A stretch of DNA of 64,000 nt, taken from positions 18,390,805 to 18,454,804 of the forward strand of contig OZ316894.1 of NCBI GenBank assembly GCA_973895155.1, in the 5' to 3' direction. A program made the translations under genes and the position numbers. Below, one piece after another: positions 52,969-64,000 of the stretch. The DNA comes from Marsupella aquatica (taxonomy: Eukaryota > Plantae > Marchantiophyta). The notes beneath the pieces are model-generated. The model was not told the origin of the DNA and ran no database searches. It saw only the letters and a list, made by a program, of their open reading frames with translations. Within the stretch, counting starts at the first letter, position 1; every line of letters starts with the position of its first letter.

Positions 52969-55187
52969 GAAATTATGGCCGGGTTGCTTTGGGACTGTGG
53001 ACAATGACCAGGAAAAGCATGTGTTGCTGCTTAAACAATCCTGGGGGCCCACTAAAGGAAATGGATGATGAGGCGAACAACACAGCACGCCACCAATCAA
53101 CGACATAGCTCACGCCAGAATTGTCCGTAGCCGTTTAGCTACATATGTTTCGTGCCCACAAACCCAACTCGTTGAAGACACGCTTTACACTTCGTCATTC
53201 AAAAGCCACCCGAGAAATTATGATTGTCGTCTCTGGATGTGGAACGGAATACTCCTGCGAGGATCTCTACTAGCGGGATCAATTATACCAATTTCAGCAA
53301 ACTTGTTCGCCGTGAATTCTACCAATTCCGTGGACACAACAAGGGACTGCTGAGAGAAGTAGACCGGCGCTGCCGAAGGGCTTTTCGTCTTCTGCTTCTT
53401 CATAAGTTGATCTCCAGACGGTGCACGTGGGTCACCATCATTACTATCTCTGCTTTGAGCGATGGCCGTCGACGAATGAGCAGTAATTCGAGAAATTTGA
53501 GGAGACTTTCAATCGATGCAGTGCAATGGGGTAGGGGGCGAATTGGGAAAGAAGAATGATTTCGAAGTGGACTGTTCTAACTCTGCTAATGCTTTTTGGT
53601 AATTGAAGGAATTCCACTGCTTTTGTTGACCACTCCCTAAAATAACTTATCTCGAATACGGACAAAAGCTTTTGTGTGGGCAGAATGCGCCTTCAACAAG
53701 TTCATGTGTCCTAAGATTTTTTGGAATATATAATTCCCGTCGTAAATGTTGTAGTCATACACCTAGTTTCTGTTGCTTATCCGCACACGTAAGTTAGCTT
53801 TCACGGGTTTAGAAAAGGGTAATGTCTATGAGAGGTTTACAGCTATTTTGAGACCTCTGAAAAGTGTTCGGAAAAACGTCCTCCCAAATTCATGAGGTTT
53901 TCAACCTGCACTTGAGTCTCTTTGTCGTGGTGTGGAATCCCTCGGTCTATAGTGTATGTTGAATCATCACATTTAGAAGTCTATCAGAGATGCTTGGAAA
54001 CTTTGATTTGGTCCCAAAATTCCAAGACTACTCTTTTACCTCCAGCAACAGATTCACTTTTGACATTCGCTTTTAACTCGGAGGCAATTACACTACTTGC
54101 CTATGCCAGCCTTGGTAGATCATGGCCAGTTAGTGGATAAGTAAAGGATCCACGAGTCCTCCACAGCAAGTTCTCATTACGTGCGTATCTGTACTCACGT
54201 AATTCTGAGCTCCCAACAAGAGTCGAGCATCTACCTTATCCAAAGATATATCAAGGGACCACGAGTCATCAACAGCAAGTTCTCACAATTGCTACGTTTA
54301 GGTTCCGAATGTCTTAACGGGCCCCGAGTCTAAATAAGCTCATACTTTCGTGCGTTGGTTAGTCAAATGAAAAGTCAAAGACCTCCCTACTTAATTACTT
54401 GAGGTAAACAATCCATTGGCCAGCACCCAACTCTCCCAGCCATGTGAGCAAAGATTGAGACTTTTGTCAAAGATGCCAAGACTCCGCGGTGCTTTACAAT
54501 CTGGAAATTGTATCACTTTTCGAATCACCTCATCACCTCATCACTCAATCAAAGAGAAAGTAATTGTAGGACATAAAAAATAACCTCAGTACTGCTCACT
54601 GCAAGACTGATAGAGAGTTGACCGGCGAAGAACACAGGAGAAACAACCTTAGTTCATCAACTCAGTGCCCAGATTCGACATTCTCTGCTTTGAAAGTCAT
54701 CAGTATGCCATATATACAAATATTAGACCGTTGATTTCGTTGGACAATTCCCACTTACGAAGTGAAAAGCATGATGCGTAGGAATGAATAATCCCTGAAT
54801 CTAGGAAAGTATGGCACCCCCCTGTTACCAGGAACTAGCGACTTGCTTTTGGCACGTCTGTAACCTGTGGAAGTTCCATTATCTCTCGCATGCTAACTAT
54901 AATCACGAGGCGATAACACTAACTTGATAGAAAACAATACTTGTTTTCCCTGATCAGTCAGGCACTGTCACAGAGTCTTCACGCCTTTAACAGCTTCCTC
55001 CTTACGTTATCGCAACAGTGATGAAAGGTTGAATCTCCTGAGCTTAAGCCTCCAGTGACCACCTAGATACTACCATCTTATCAAAAAGTTATTTACTCTC
55101 GTTAGGTCATAGTTTAAGATCCATGAAGACAATGGGCTGACCGGAAAATCGGAGGCTAAATAAGCCTGAGAGAAATATCTCATGCAA

Positions 55188-56561
55188 TCACCTGGAGACC
55201 TGAAGTTGCTTAATCTTTTGGATCTGCATGCCAGGATTCAAACCCTTGGGACACGCTGCGGCGCAATTCATGATGGTATGACAGCGATAAAGCTTGAATT
55301 CATCGTCTATAGATTCCAGACGCTCCTTCGTGTACTCGTCCCGAGAGTCTGCTATCCACCTGCAAACAGAGGAAATTGACAAATACCTCTGTTACTTTTC
55401 GTTCGAGAAACCTCCCTTTTGAAGAACATAAGAGTTGTACAGGAACACTGTTGAAGGTAAATGCACCCAGAATGGACTTCAGAAGCAACAAAGGAAGGCA
55501 AAATCGTAGGAAATTAAAAAATCTTTGCAACATTTCTATGACTTTATTGAGAGTTTCCTTGGGGTCGGTCAAGCTTAGGCCATCCTACATTTAGTGATAT
55601 AGAAGGAAAGTAGCGAACGTGGAAAGTTGTTCAGAGACCCCATAAGCACATCAAAGACTAATATTTGAGAGAACCCATTTGTTCTTTTCAAAGAAGAGAA
55701 GGGTAATTATTTTTCTTATGGTGGGAACTCTGTGACGGGGAGAAGGAAAAGCAGCTCATGAACACGAGGCCCGCAAATATGTAGCAGAACCTAAATCAAG
55801 AGAGGTTGAGGCGCTACTGGAAAAGATGGACATCCATACCTGTGGGCTTGCAGCAAAGCAGCGGGGCCCAGATATTTTTCGGGATTCCACCAGTAACTCG
55901 GGCAAGAAGTGCTACAGCAAGCGCATAATATACACTCGTACATTCCATCCAACTTCTTCCGATCTGCCTTAGTCTGCAGTACTTCCCGTCCAGTTTCGCT
56001 GGGCGTCTTCCTTTTAAGCCAGGGCTCAATACTCTTGTATTGGTTGTAGAAATTTGTCATATCCACAACGAGATCCTTCACCACCCACATGTGAGGAAGT
56101 GGAGTGATAGGAGTAGCAGTCGCAGGGTTCGGGTCAATCTTCGTAAGGCACGCTAGGGCATTCTTCCCGTCGATGGTCATAGCGCAAGAGCCACAAATAC
56201 CCTCTCGGCAGGAACGCCTGAACGTCAGACCAGTGTCAACTTCATTTTTGATCTTGATGAGGGCATCCAAGACCATTGGCCCGCACTCATTGGTGTTGAT
56301 AGTATAAGTCTGCAATTCTGGCTTCTTGACCTGGTCCGGGTCCCACCGATAAATGGAAAACTTCTTCATGTTCGGAGCCTTGACGTTGGCAGGGCTTTTG
56401 CTAGAAGAAGGCACAGCAGCGTCATGTTCGGAAGCCTTGTTAGACTGAGACGTCGAGATGAATCTCAGCGGTGCCAAAAGGTACGAGGAAGAAGAAGAAG
56501 GCGAGCTGGAGGGAGCCTTCCTCGCTATACTGGCCACGACCCTGCTCGCGGAGGAAGTCAT
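55188..56561 (-). CDS. SDH2: Mitochondrial succinate dehydrogenase iron-sulfur subunit
   Basis: [52 protein letters not shown]; exons 56561-55840 and 55359-55188; presequence. Confidence 0.97.
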
Positions 56562-56704
56562 CTTGGAAACCTACCGTTTTCAGAAAAAAACACAACACAT
56601 ACAGCCAATTCATTCTCTGTTCACAAGAAGAGAAGAGAAAAGAAGAGAAGAGACGATTCCACCAAATAATAACACCAAACCACAAGACCATCAAATAAAA
56701 AAGC

Positions 56705-56714
56705 AAACCCTAAA
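56705..56714. promoter_or_regulatory. Telo-box (AAACCCTA) in the SDH2 upstream region
   Basis: aaaccctaaa; a similar aaccctaaa lies in TatD intron 1 (~59659). Confidence 0.35.
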
Positions 56715-57520
56715 CACAACCACAACATCGAGCAAATCAAGCCAAGAGAGAAACGAACGGAAGAATCGGCATCATCTCACTCCACAGCAGACAATCACAC
56801 ACCTGAACGCAGCAAAATCACTCCCCGATCGGAGTGGTCACTCCACTTCAGTTCAGTCTCCGACACTCTCGATCAAATTTCTCCTTGACAAAGTGCCTCC
56901 GATGCCTTGATTGCTTTCTTGCGTCTCGCGCTCCCAATCAAATTCGTCACTTAAACTCGATTCCGTCGTCGGTCGACCAAAATCCTCTCTGGATCGAGGT
57001 TTCTAAGATCCAGGTTCGATCGGATTTCACTACCCTTCTCTTTTCGTCGATCATTCTCCGAAAAGAAATCCAACAGGAGCAGTATATATTGTGGGAGGAC
57101 TTTACCCCCTTGCGGAGCAGAGACGGTTTACGACTCAGAGGGGGAACGATTGGGAGTACGGTATGCACAAAAGTGTGCCGGGACGTGTAAGAACTAGATT
57201 CACACAAGGTTAAGTGAGAGTACGGTGAAACGCGTACTTTACACGTATGTCATTTTGCGGCGTCGTGTTACTTACTTGTCACAGTCACATAGTAAGTAAC
57301 TTACTTACGACAGTTGGGAAAGCGATCTGACGGAGGACGGCGCACCATCGAGAAAGAGGAAAGGGGTGGGCATTTTCATGGCTCCAAAGTGGAAGCCAAG
57401 GGTTGAGGGGCAAGTTTACTTGTTGCCCAACATGTAAACTCATCACATTATTGTTCCCAAATGGGCCAAATGATCCAGTTTCCTCTTTATTCCCCAACCA
57501 GTCCCTAATTTTCTTGAATT

Positions 57521-57722
57521 CCTTCCCGGCCCGGTCCCGGGCTCCCCTGAATTAGGGAGGACCGGCTCGGGGTTGGGTCAGGTCGGGGTCTGGGGCGGAT
57601 CGGGGTTGGGGTCAGGGCCCGGCGAGGTCTGGGCGGGGTCAGGACAACTGGGTGTCCGGAGTGAAGGGCGACGGGGCCCAGACCCCTGATTTGCCCGTCA
57701 AGGCCAAAACGGGCGGGAAGGG
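57521..57722. mobile_element. GC-rich ~200-bp element with terminal inverted repeats and G-runs
   Basis: ccttcccggccc ... gggcgggaaggg(tta); interior is repeated GGGGTC/GGGGTT; abrupt GC contrast with the flanks. Confidence 0.5.
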
Positions 57723-58742
57723 TTAGTATGTTTCCTCGTTTCTTTTTAATTTGATTATACAGCTATAATGTATAGGTATAGGTGCATCTTCTCAAGCGTG
57801 TCCATTTTAACTTATTCAAAATCTAACTCCTCAGGGCTCCTGTCAAGAAAGTGAAGTCTCTGGACACACTGGAAAACCTGAAGTTGGGGATGAAAGTGAA
57901 AGTGGGGATTCAGGGCAAGGTGAGTTTCTGAAATGTTGCGGTGAACTTGAATGTACTTACCTTTATTTATCCTCAATGAATGGGCACTCACTACTCATAT
58001 AAAAGTAATGTCATCGTATCATACGAGCGCAATGCTCATGTATTGCACTGGAAATGTTGAGCTGACACAAAGTGTAGGTGAGACAAGGAAGTCTTGTGTT
58101 CCGGCCTTGTTGTCTAGTCACAAACACAACTTGCACCCACTCATATTTTTTCTTGTGTTGCCTAACTTCAGTACCTTGGGTTCCTCTAAGGTTTGCTATT
58201 GGATTTGCCATCCAAGATTGGGCTAAACATGAGGAGATTATGATGAGCATAAACAGAAAAAGTAGGGTCCAATTGGATTTGGCATGTCACAGGCTTGTGA
58301 CAAGACCCTTTTAATCTAAAGTAAGGGATTCACAGGAGAAGACCAAGCAAAAACCAACTGGGGCTAGAGACAATGGCTCGGGCAGTATTGAGATGCAAAG
58401 GTTTGACAAATTGCTTAGATGGACTCATTAAACTCTAATAGGCACAATCCCAACATTAAGTCATACTCCCATAACATTATTTGCAATTTTCCTGAGTACT
58501 GGACTCCAATTTAGTTCCACTACTTTTTTTTTTCACTACTAGCTTGCATGCCCAAGATTGTTCATAAATAAATGGGGTGAGTACCATTTTCCGGTTCCAC
58601 CCCTAGAGTCACAGTTTATAGCTTTGTTTTCAGAGGAAAAATTTTGCTCAATTGCACCTCTGAAAAGTCTTAGCCACTTTTGTCAAAATATTTAAATATT
58701 CTGTCTTCCATATACCCCATTAGCAAGAATATAATGGTAATC

Positions 58743-58890
58743 TTTAAATCTAAGGAGATTTGATAGTCATAAATTAATCTGGGAAAATTAAATAGAGAAT
58801 ATTCATTCCATCTTCTCCATCGTTAAATCTAAGGATATTTAATAGTCATATATTAATTTGAGAAAATTAGATAAAGAATATTCATACCAC
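58743..58890. repeat. ~80-bp AT-rich tandem duplication
   Basis: ttaaatctaagga.attt.atagtcata.attaat.tg.gaaaatta twice. Confidence 0.8.
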
Positions 58891-59366
58891 CTAAAGAGAT
58901 TAAATTAATCTAAACTAAATAGGGAGTGCTCACAGCATCTTCTGCTTCACACAAGGTGACATTGAACAAAGTAAGAAGACCTAAAAAATTATGTTGTTTC
59001 ACGATAGGCCCTTTTACTAACTTTTTATTGCCCCTTATTAGATAGATGGCTTGAGAATGTCCATCGTAGTCTCTTTTCTTTGTTAGATTTGTGGGGGGAC
59101 CTTTTCAAATATGACAAGAAGTTGGGGGTTCGGAATTCTCGAGATTTGCCCGTGTTTTTGTGATCTTACTTGTATGACAGGACAATTTCTTGAGAAAGTG
59201 CGAGAGGGGCAGAGCTGGACGAATCCTTAAACTTTCATTGGCACTTCAGCAGCGAGGTTTCAAATCATTTGGCAACGAAATATCAACGGTTCTCCATTTT
59301 CACGTCGAGGGCAGACTGTTTGCAGGCCTGAAGATTCATCCATCGCTTTGGTCAAGCTAACGAAGC

Positions 59367-62300
59367 ATGCCAGGCCTCAAATTCATAGGTAAAATTTTGG
59401 GCCCTGCTGCCGTGCAACTTTTCCTGAGAGCTGATCCCTTGCAATTCCAGAGAATTGTGAACCGGATTTGTCTGAAGCACAACTGCTTACTGTTTGATTC
59501 TGCATTTTCCCCTTCACTGCCTTCTCTGCTCGGAAGAACTGTAGATATTTATACCCTTGTCATTTTGCCGGACTAATTCAGTGTGTATTGGATAGAAATC
59601 AGTACTTCTAGTGGAAAAAAGGGCTCTGAAGGGTCCATTTTGCTTGGAATGAAAACCTAACCCTAAATCTGTGCGATGGTGATGTTGGCAGATATTGCAG
59701 CCAATCTCACAGGTAAGGATGAGCTCACTCGCTTTTTACCATTTGTGGATTTTGCTGCCCGCTGTATTTCAGATTGTTGTAGTCATATGGGATCTGCCTT
59801 ACATTAATTAGTCTAGAGAGGACGTCACCAATTGAGAACGAATTCTAATGTACTGCTAGAGCCCCGACTTGACTATGCTGTGGGGTTTAAGGTTAAGCAC
59901 TAACAGAATATTGGGTAGGTTTGCGTTTTGGGGTGAGACGTTTTTGTTCTGTAGCACTCATAAAAACTAACTTTATGATGGGATCTCTGTAGCTTCATTG
60001 TCAGTTGGGTCGAAAAACGGCTTGTACATTCCACTTTTGTAATATTTGATTCACAAAGGTGAAATGGTGGTTGGCAGATGGCATGTTCAGAGGCATGTAC
60101 AACGGCAAGCAGTATCATAGTTCTGACATAGGGGCCGTGCTAAAGAGGGCCTGGGATGCTGGTGTTGATCGAATTATCGTAAGCTTCCGTACTTGTAGTA
60201 TCTCTAATTGCAATTCTTTAAAGCTTTGTTCCCTCGTTTCCTTAACACCTCACATGCAAGATTCTGAAGATGGTGATTTGTTGCTAACAGGTGACAGGAG
60301 GTTCTTTACTAGAATCGAAGGAAGCACTTGCTCTGGCAGACACTGATGGTAAGTATCTCAGTTCTTATCCAACGTATACTTTTGCAATAGGTCAAACCTC
60401 CTGCTCCAGTTAGATTGTAGCAGAAGAATAACTAGAGTCTTATGTTCTTCAGGACGACTTTACTGCACGGTGGGTGTACATCCAACACGATGCAAGGTGT
60501 GTTTATTCTAACTGATCTTTGATGGAAAGCAGGGTTATCAGTACCTCCCAACTCGTCAATCAACTTTATAGGACGTTCGTGAGTTCTGTTTCGAATGTTG
60601 CTATTGATGGATTGAAGCATTGTATTATTCAAAGTGAGCTTGTAGTTGTGCAGTATTTGACTGACCCCTTACCCAAATATGGGCTCAGGAGTTTGAGGAT
60701 AGCGGTGACCCAGAAAAACACTATCAGGAACTCCTTGCTCTTGCTAAAGAAGGTGCCGCCAAAGGAAAGGTACTGAGTTGGTATGTGTTTTTGGACGAGG
60801 ATAGGGTTTAATGTCTTCTGCCCACAGCATGCTGTCTTATCTCTAACAAAATGCTGATGCCTGAGATTTTGTCGCCCTTTTGATTTGTTTGAACCAGTTG
60901 AATTATCCGTTATCCAATGCTGACAATGATGGAACGGAATGTTGAGCGCATGTCAGCTAAGAATGACGGAGGGACAACAAACTGGGACAGATGAACAAGC
61001 TGTTTGTCATGCTGAAACATCTGAGCCTGGCAGAGATTATCAATAACTATCTACCTCTTTCAATTCACGCTGAAGAGCAGTTTTTTTTGTTGGCCGATTT
61101 ACAGGTGGTGGCCATCGGGGAATGTGGCCTGGATTACGATCGACTGTTTTTTTGCCCTGCGGAAGTTCAGCGGCGGTATTTCACGATTGTCCTCGCTCTA
61201 ACCAGCTTTATAACTTGAGAGTATTTTCCAATTAAACTTGAGGAGTCTTTTCGATTAAACTTGATTCAGACATTGCGTTTCTGCAGCTACTTTGCAAGAC
61301 AATTTGGTTTAGCAGAAGCAACTGGGCTTCCAATGTTCTTGCACATGCGTGCAGCAGGGAAGGACTTCTGTGACATTGTGCGACCTAATCAGCACAGGTG
61401 CTTCACAGATTCCCGTCATGCCTGATGTGTTATTACTCAAGATGGTAGAAGATCTGTTGTTTATGGACTTAGTGTCGTCCTAGATTCTGCACAGTTCGAA
61501 TGCATGTAATGAATCGGGTCTGTGGCACAATTGAGAGCATGAAGACGATCTCTGTACTGTGCCAGACAGATTTGTTGCAGGTGTTGTCCATTCATTCACA
61601 GGCACTGTGGAGGATAGGCAGCTCCTGCTTTCTTTTGACAAGTTGTATTTTGGTAATTATATTTCTTGGCCTTTACGTTGAAACTGCTAAGCCTATTAAC
61701 TAGTTTCCTGCATCCCATTAGTTCATAGTGTTTCTGCTCATCTTGTCTGTAAGTGTAGTCTTGGGGTCACATTTGGACGATGGTGGCGCCGAAGGAATGA
61801 CTGGTTGATGTTACCGCGTGGACACTAACATAACTTTCTAATGTACAGGTGTGAATGGTTGCTCCTTGAAAACTAAAGAGAATTTAGATGTTCTGTCGGG
61901 TATTCCTTTGCAAAAACTGATGATAGAAACAGATGCACCCTATTGTGGCATAAAGTCGAGCCATGCTGGGATAAAAATGGTGTCGACAACCTGGCCATCC
62001 AAAAAGAAAGAGAAATATGATGACGGGTCAACTGTGAAAGATCGCAATGAACCCTGCCATATCAGGTAATCTAATCGAGAGATTTTAATTGATGTAAGCG
62101 TGACTGCTCATTGTTGGCCGATAGGAGAGATTATGGGACTCTGGCATAATTGTTTGATACTAACATTGTAATATGCACCCAATCAATCTCCAGGGATTCT
62201 TAAAGGATCTTAGTATTGAAATTCACAGATGGTCAGTGGGAGGTACTTGATGCGCAATAGTATTTTTATCTGATATGCACCGCACGAAAAGCTCTTCAAC

Positions 62301-62759
62301 AAAATAATTTCTAAGGGCTGGTATCATACAATTTGCAACATCAGAGTTTTGAACACTGGGAAATGAAATCGCGATTCAAAGCTAAAACAATACTGTACAC
62401 AATTAGGTGCATTTTGAGGTCGTCTATTGACCTGAAGGTTAATGCAGCTTGCTGAAAACACATGGTATGACATTCTTGTTTCCCACAGACAAGTATTTGA
62501 GGTCGTTGCTGCAACCCTTGCTGTGAAAGATCTGGACAGCCTTGCCAGAACCTTCTACGAGAATACATGCAGGTTTGTGTATGAAATCCATTCGTTAGTA
62601 GAGGCCGGCCCAACTTTTTGAGCTTTGAGTGAAATTGAGTAGCTGGTACTTTCCGGTTGAAGAAACAGTGATTGACAGTGTTTCTTGCTCTGCAGAGTTT
62701 TTTTCCCTCATGATTTGGACACATTGGCAGATGCCATCCTAGCTGATAGAAAAACGTAA
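59367..62759 (+). CDS. TATDN1: TatD-family nuclease (TATDN1-like), multi-exon
   Basis: MPGLKFI|DIAANLT|[71 protein letters not shown]; first two exons only 22 nt (59367-59388) and 21 nt (59692-59712). Confidence 0.93.
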
Positions 62760-63642
62760 CCCCCTTACAACGTTTGTACAACACAGTAGTTTCCGTATCA
62801 TAAGAGTCTCTTGGCCCATCGAGAAGAGGTTGCATGTAAAACTCTATTGCATTTCAGCACACGCTCTCACAAGAGGAAATTTACGAGTAAAAAAGGCTGT
62901 GGATACAGAATGAATAAAATTCTTGGATACGGACTGCTAAATCATAAGCGCATACACATCATAACTGGCCATCCAGAATTGCCAGTGTCCCAAGGACAGA
63001 AAGTAGAATAGAGGACCAAGTCTTCATGAGCTTCTACTTTTTCATACTCAAATCTGCTTAGTACATGATGTTAAATAAAGAGACGTGTCACAGCAATCAG
63101 GTGATCACTTCACATTGAGAAAATTTTCCCTGGTCGCTGAAGTAGATGTTCTAACGATATATACTTTGCCTACTCTTTTGGTTAGACTTGTAGTGCCTCA
63201 ACAAAAATTGCCGCAACAACCACAGCTTTTCCTCATTCCTGTAAGTCGAAAAAGGCGTCGGACTATTTTCTTCTACTCCAAGTACTACTATCCTACACTG
63301 AGACCAGGAAAGAAATTCCCCATTGGGGTTTCAACAATAATCATTATATACAAAATTGCCTCAACTAGACAGGAATCAATTTTTATAGGGTCTGATGAGA
63401 TTTCTTTCCTAGCGCATTTTTACGCCAGGTGTTCCCAAATCCAAGTAAAAATTTCCCTTTCAGAGCAACCCTCGAAACGACGAGATGGAAGGTGGGAATC
63501 GCATCCAGATGGACGATCGGTCGTCCGAAGTATTCGCTCTGCACAAGTCTTCTTGCACCAGGAAATAGAAGGAAGACGAGACGATAGAACGGAAATTCTT
63601 GGCACTGGTGGGCATAACAGTCGACACCAGGAAATCGTCACA

Positions 63643-64000
63643 TCAAATCAAATTGGGCTGGGGTTCACCAACAAGGCACCAGAAGCTCTCCAGATCCAGC
63701 CCCTCTATTTCATTAGGAGACAATCCATCAATATCCGTTGAGGCACATTTGGGTACCTGAACCTTGTTGGCCTCCCCACCAGCAGTGAAGTAAAAGCGCG
63801 CTCGTTTCTCACCCTCTTTTCTTCTCTTTATGCAACCGGAGTCACGAGGACTACCGCTGCCGGCACCATCGTCCTTGATAGCTCTTATTCTGGGCAACGA
63901 TTCTCGTTCACACTTCAGCGTGTCTACATATTGGAGCATCATCTCGAGAGTGTAGTCCTCGGGACGGTAGGACGAACCTCTTGCATTCCCTGACTCATAG
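63643..64000 (-). CDS. Probable 3'-terminal exon of an unidentified gene extending past the window end
   Basis: Frame open from the window edge (YESGNARGSSYRPEDYTLEMMLQYVDTLK...) to the stop at 63643; no family recognised. Confidence 0.35.
   Translation of the reverse strand, partial: YESGNARGSSYRPEDYTLEMMLQYVDTLKCERESLPRIRAIKDDGAGSGSPRDSGCIKRRKEGEKRARFYFTAGGEANKVQVPKCASTDIDGLSPNEIEGLDLESFWCLVGEPQPNLI

Noticed and set aside
40710-62759. Functional cluster of organellar or stress genes (ClpR3, ELIP, STAR1, SDH2, TatD)
   Set aside because: Unrelated pathways, mixed orientations and intervening TEs; ordinary eukaryotic gene order
63085-63741. 218-aa plus-strand ORF
   Set aside because: Non-ATG start, no recognisable motif, lies in the convergent 3' regions of two genes

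Overview
Eukaryotic, intron-rich land-plant nuclear DNA; the gene style suggests a bryophyte or liverwort (inference). Nine complete spliced genes can be modelled by hand: a six-CCCH Muscleblind/MBNL-like RNA-binding protein (+), a somewhat divergent G-protein beta subunit (-), 20S proteasome beta-7/PBG1 (+), a small conserved GDPGVPH-motif membrane protein (-), plastid ClpR3 (+), an ELIP (-), the STAR1/ABCI17 ABC ATPase (-), SDH2 (-) and a TatD nuclease (+). A partial ORF runs off the right edge. The intergenic space holds an internally deleted Copia element, two 344-bp solo LTRs, a probable non-autonomous Helitron carrying a minisatellite, several TIR/MITE-like elements and many tandem arrays. 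The main observation is the Muscleblind-type tandem zinc-finger gene, which has three finger pairs, a run of frame-preserving exons and a YGCY cluster in its own leader; this suggests a possible MBNL-like splicing regulator in a plant. The second is an 86-bp tandem array whose unit keeps hairpin and pseudoknot-compatible pairings. All calls are by eye and no searches were run.
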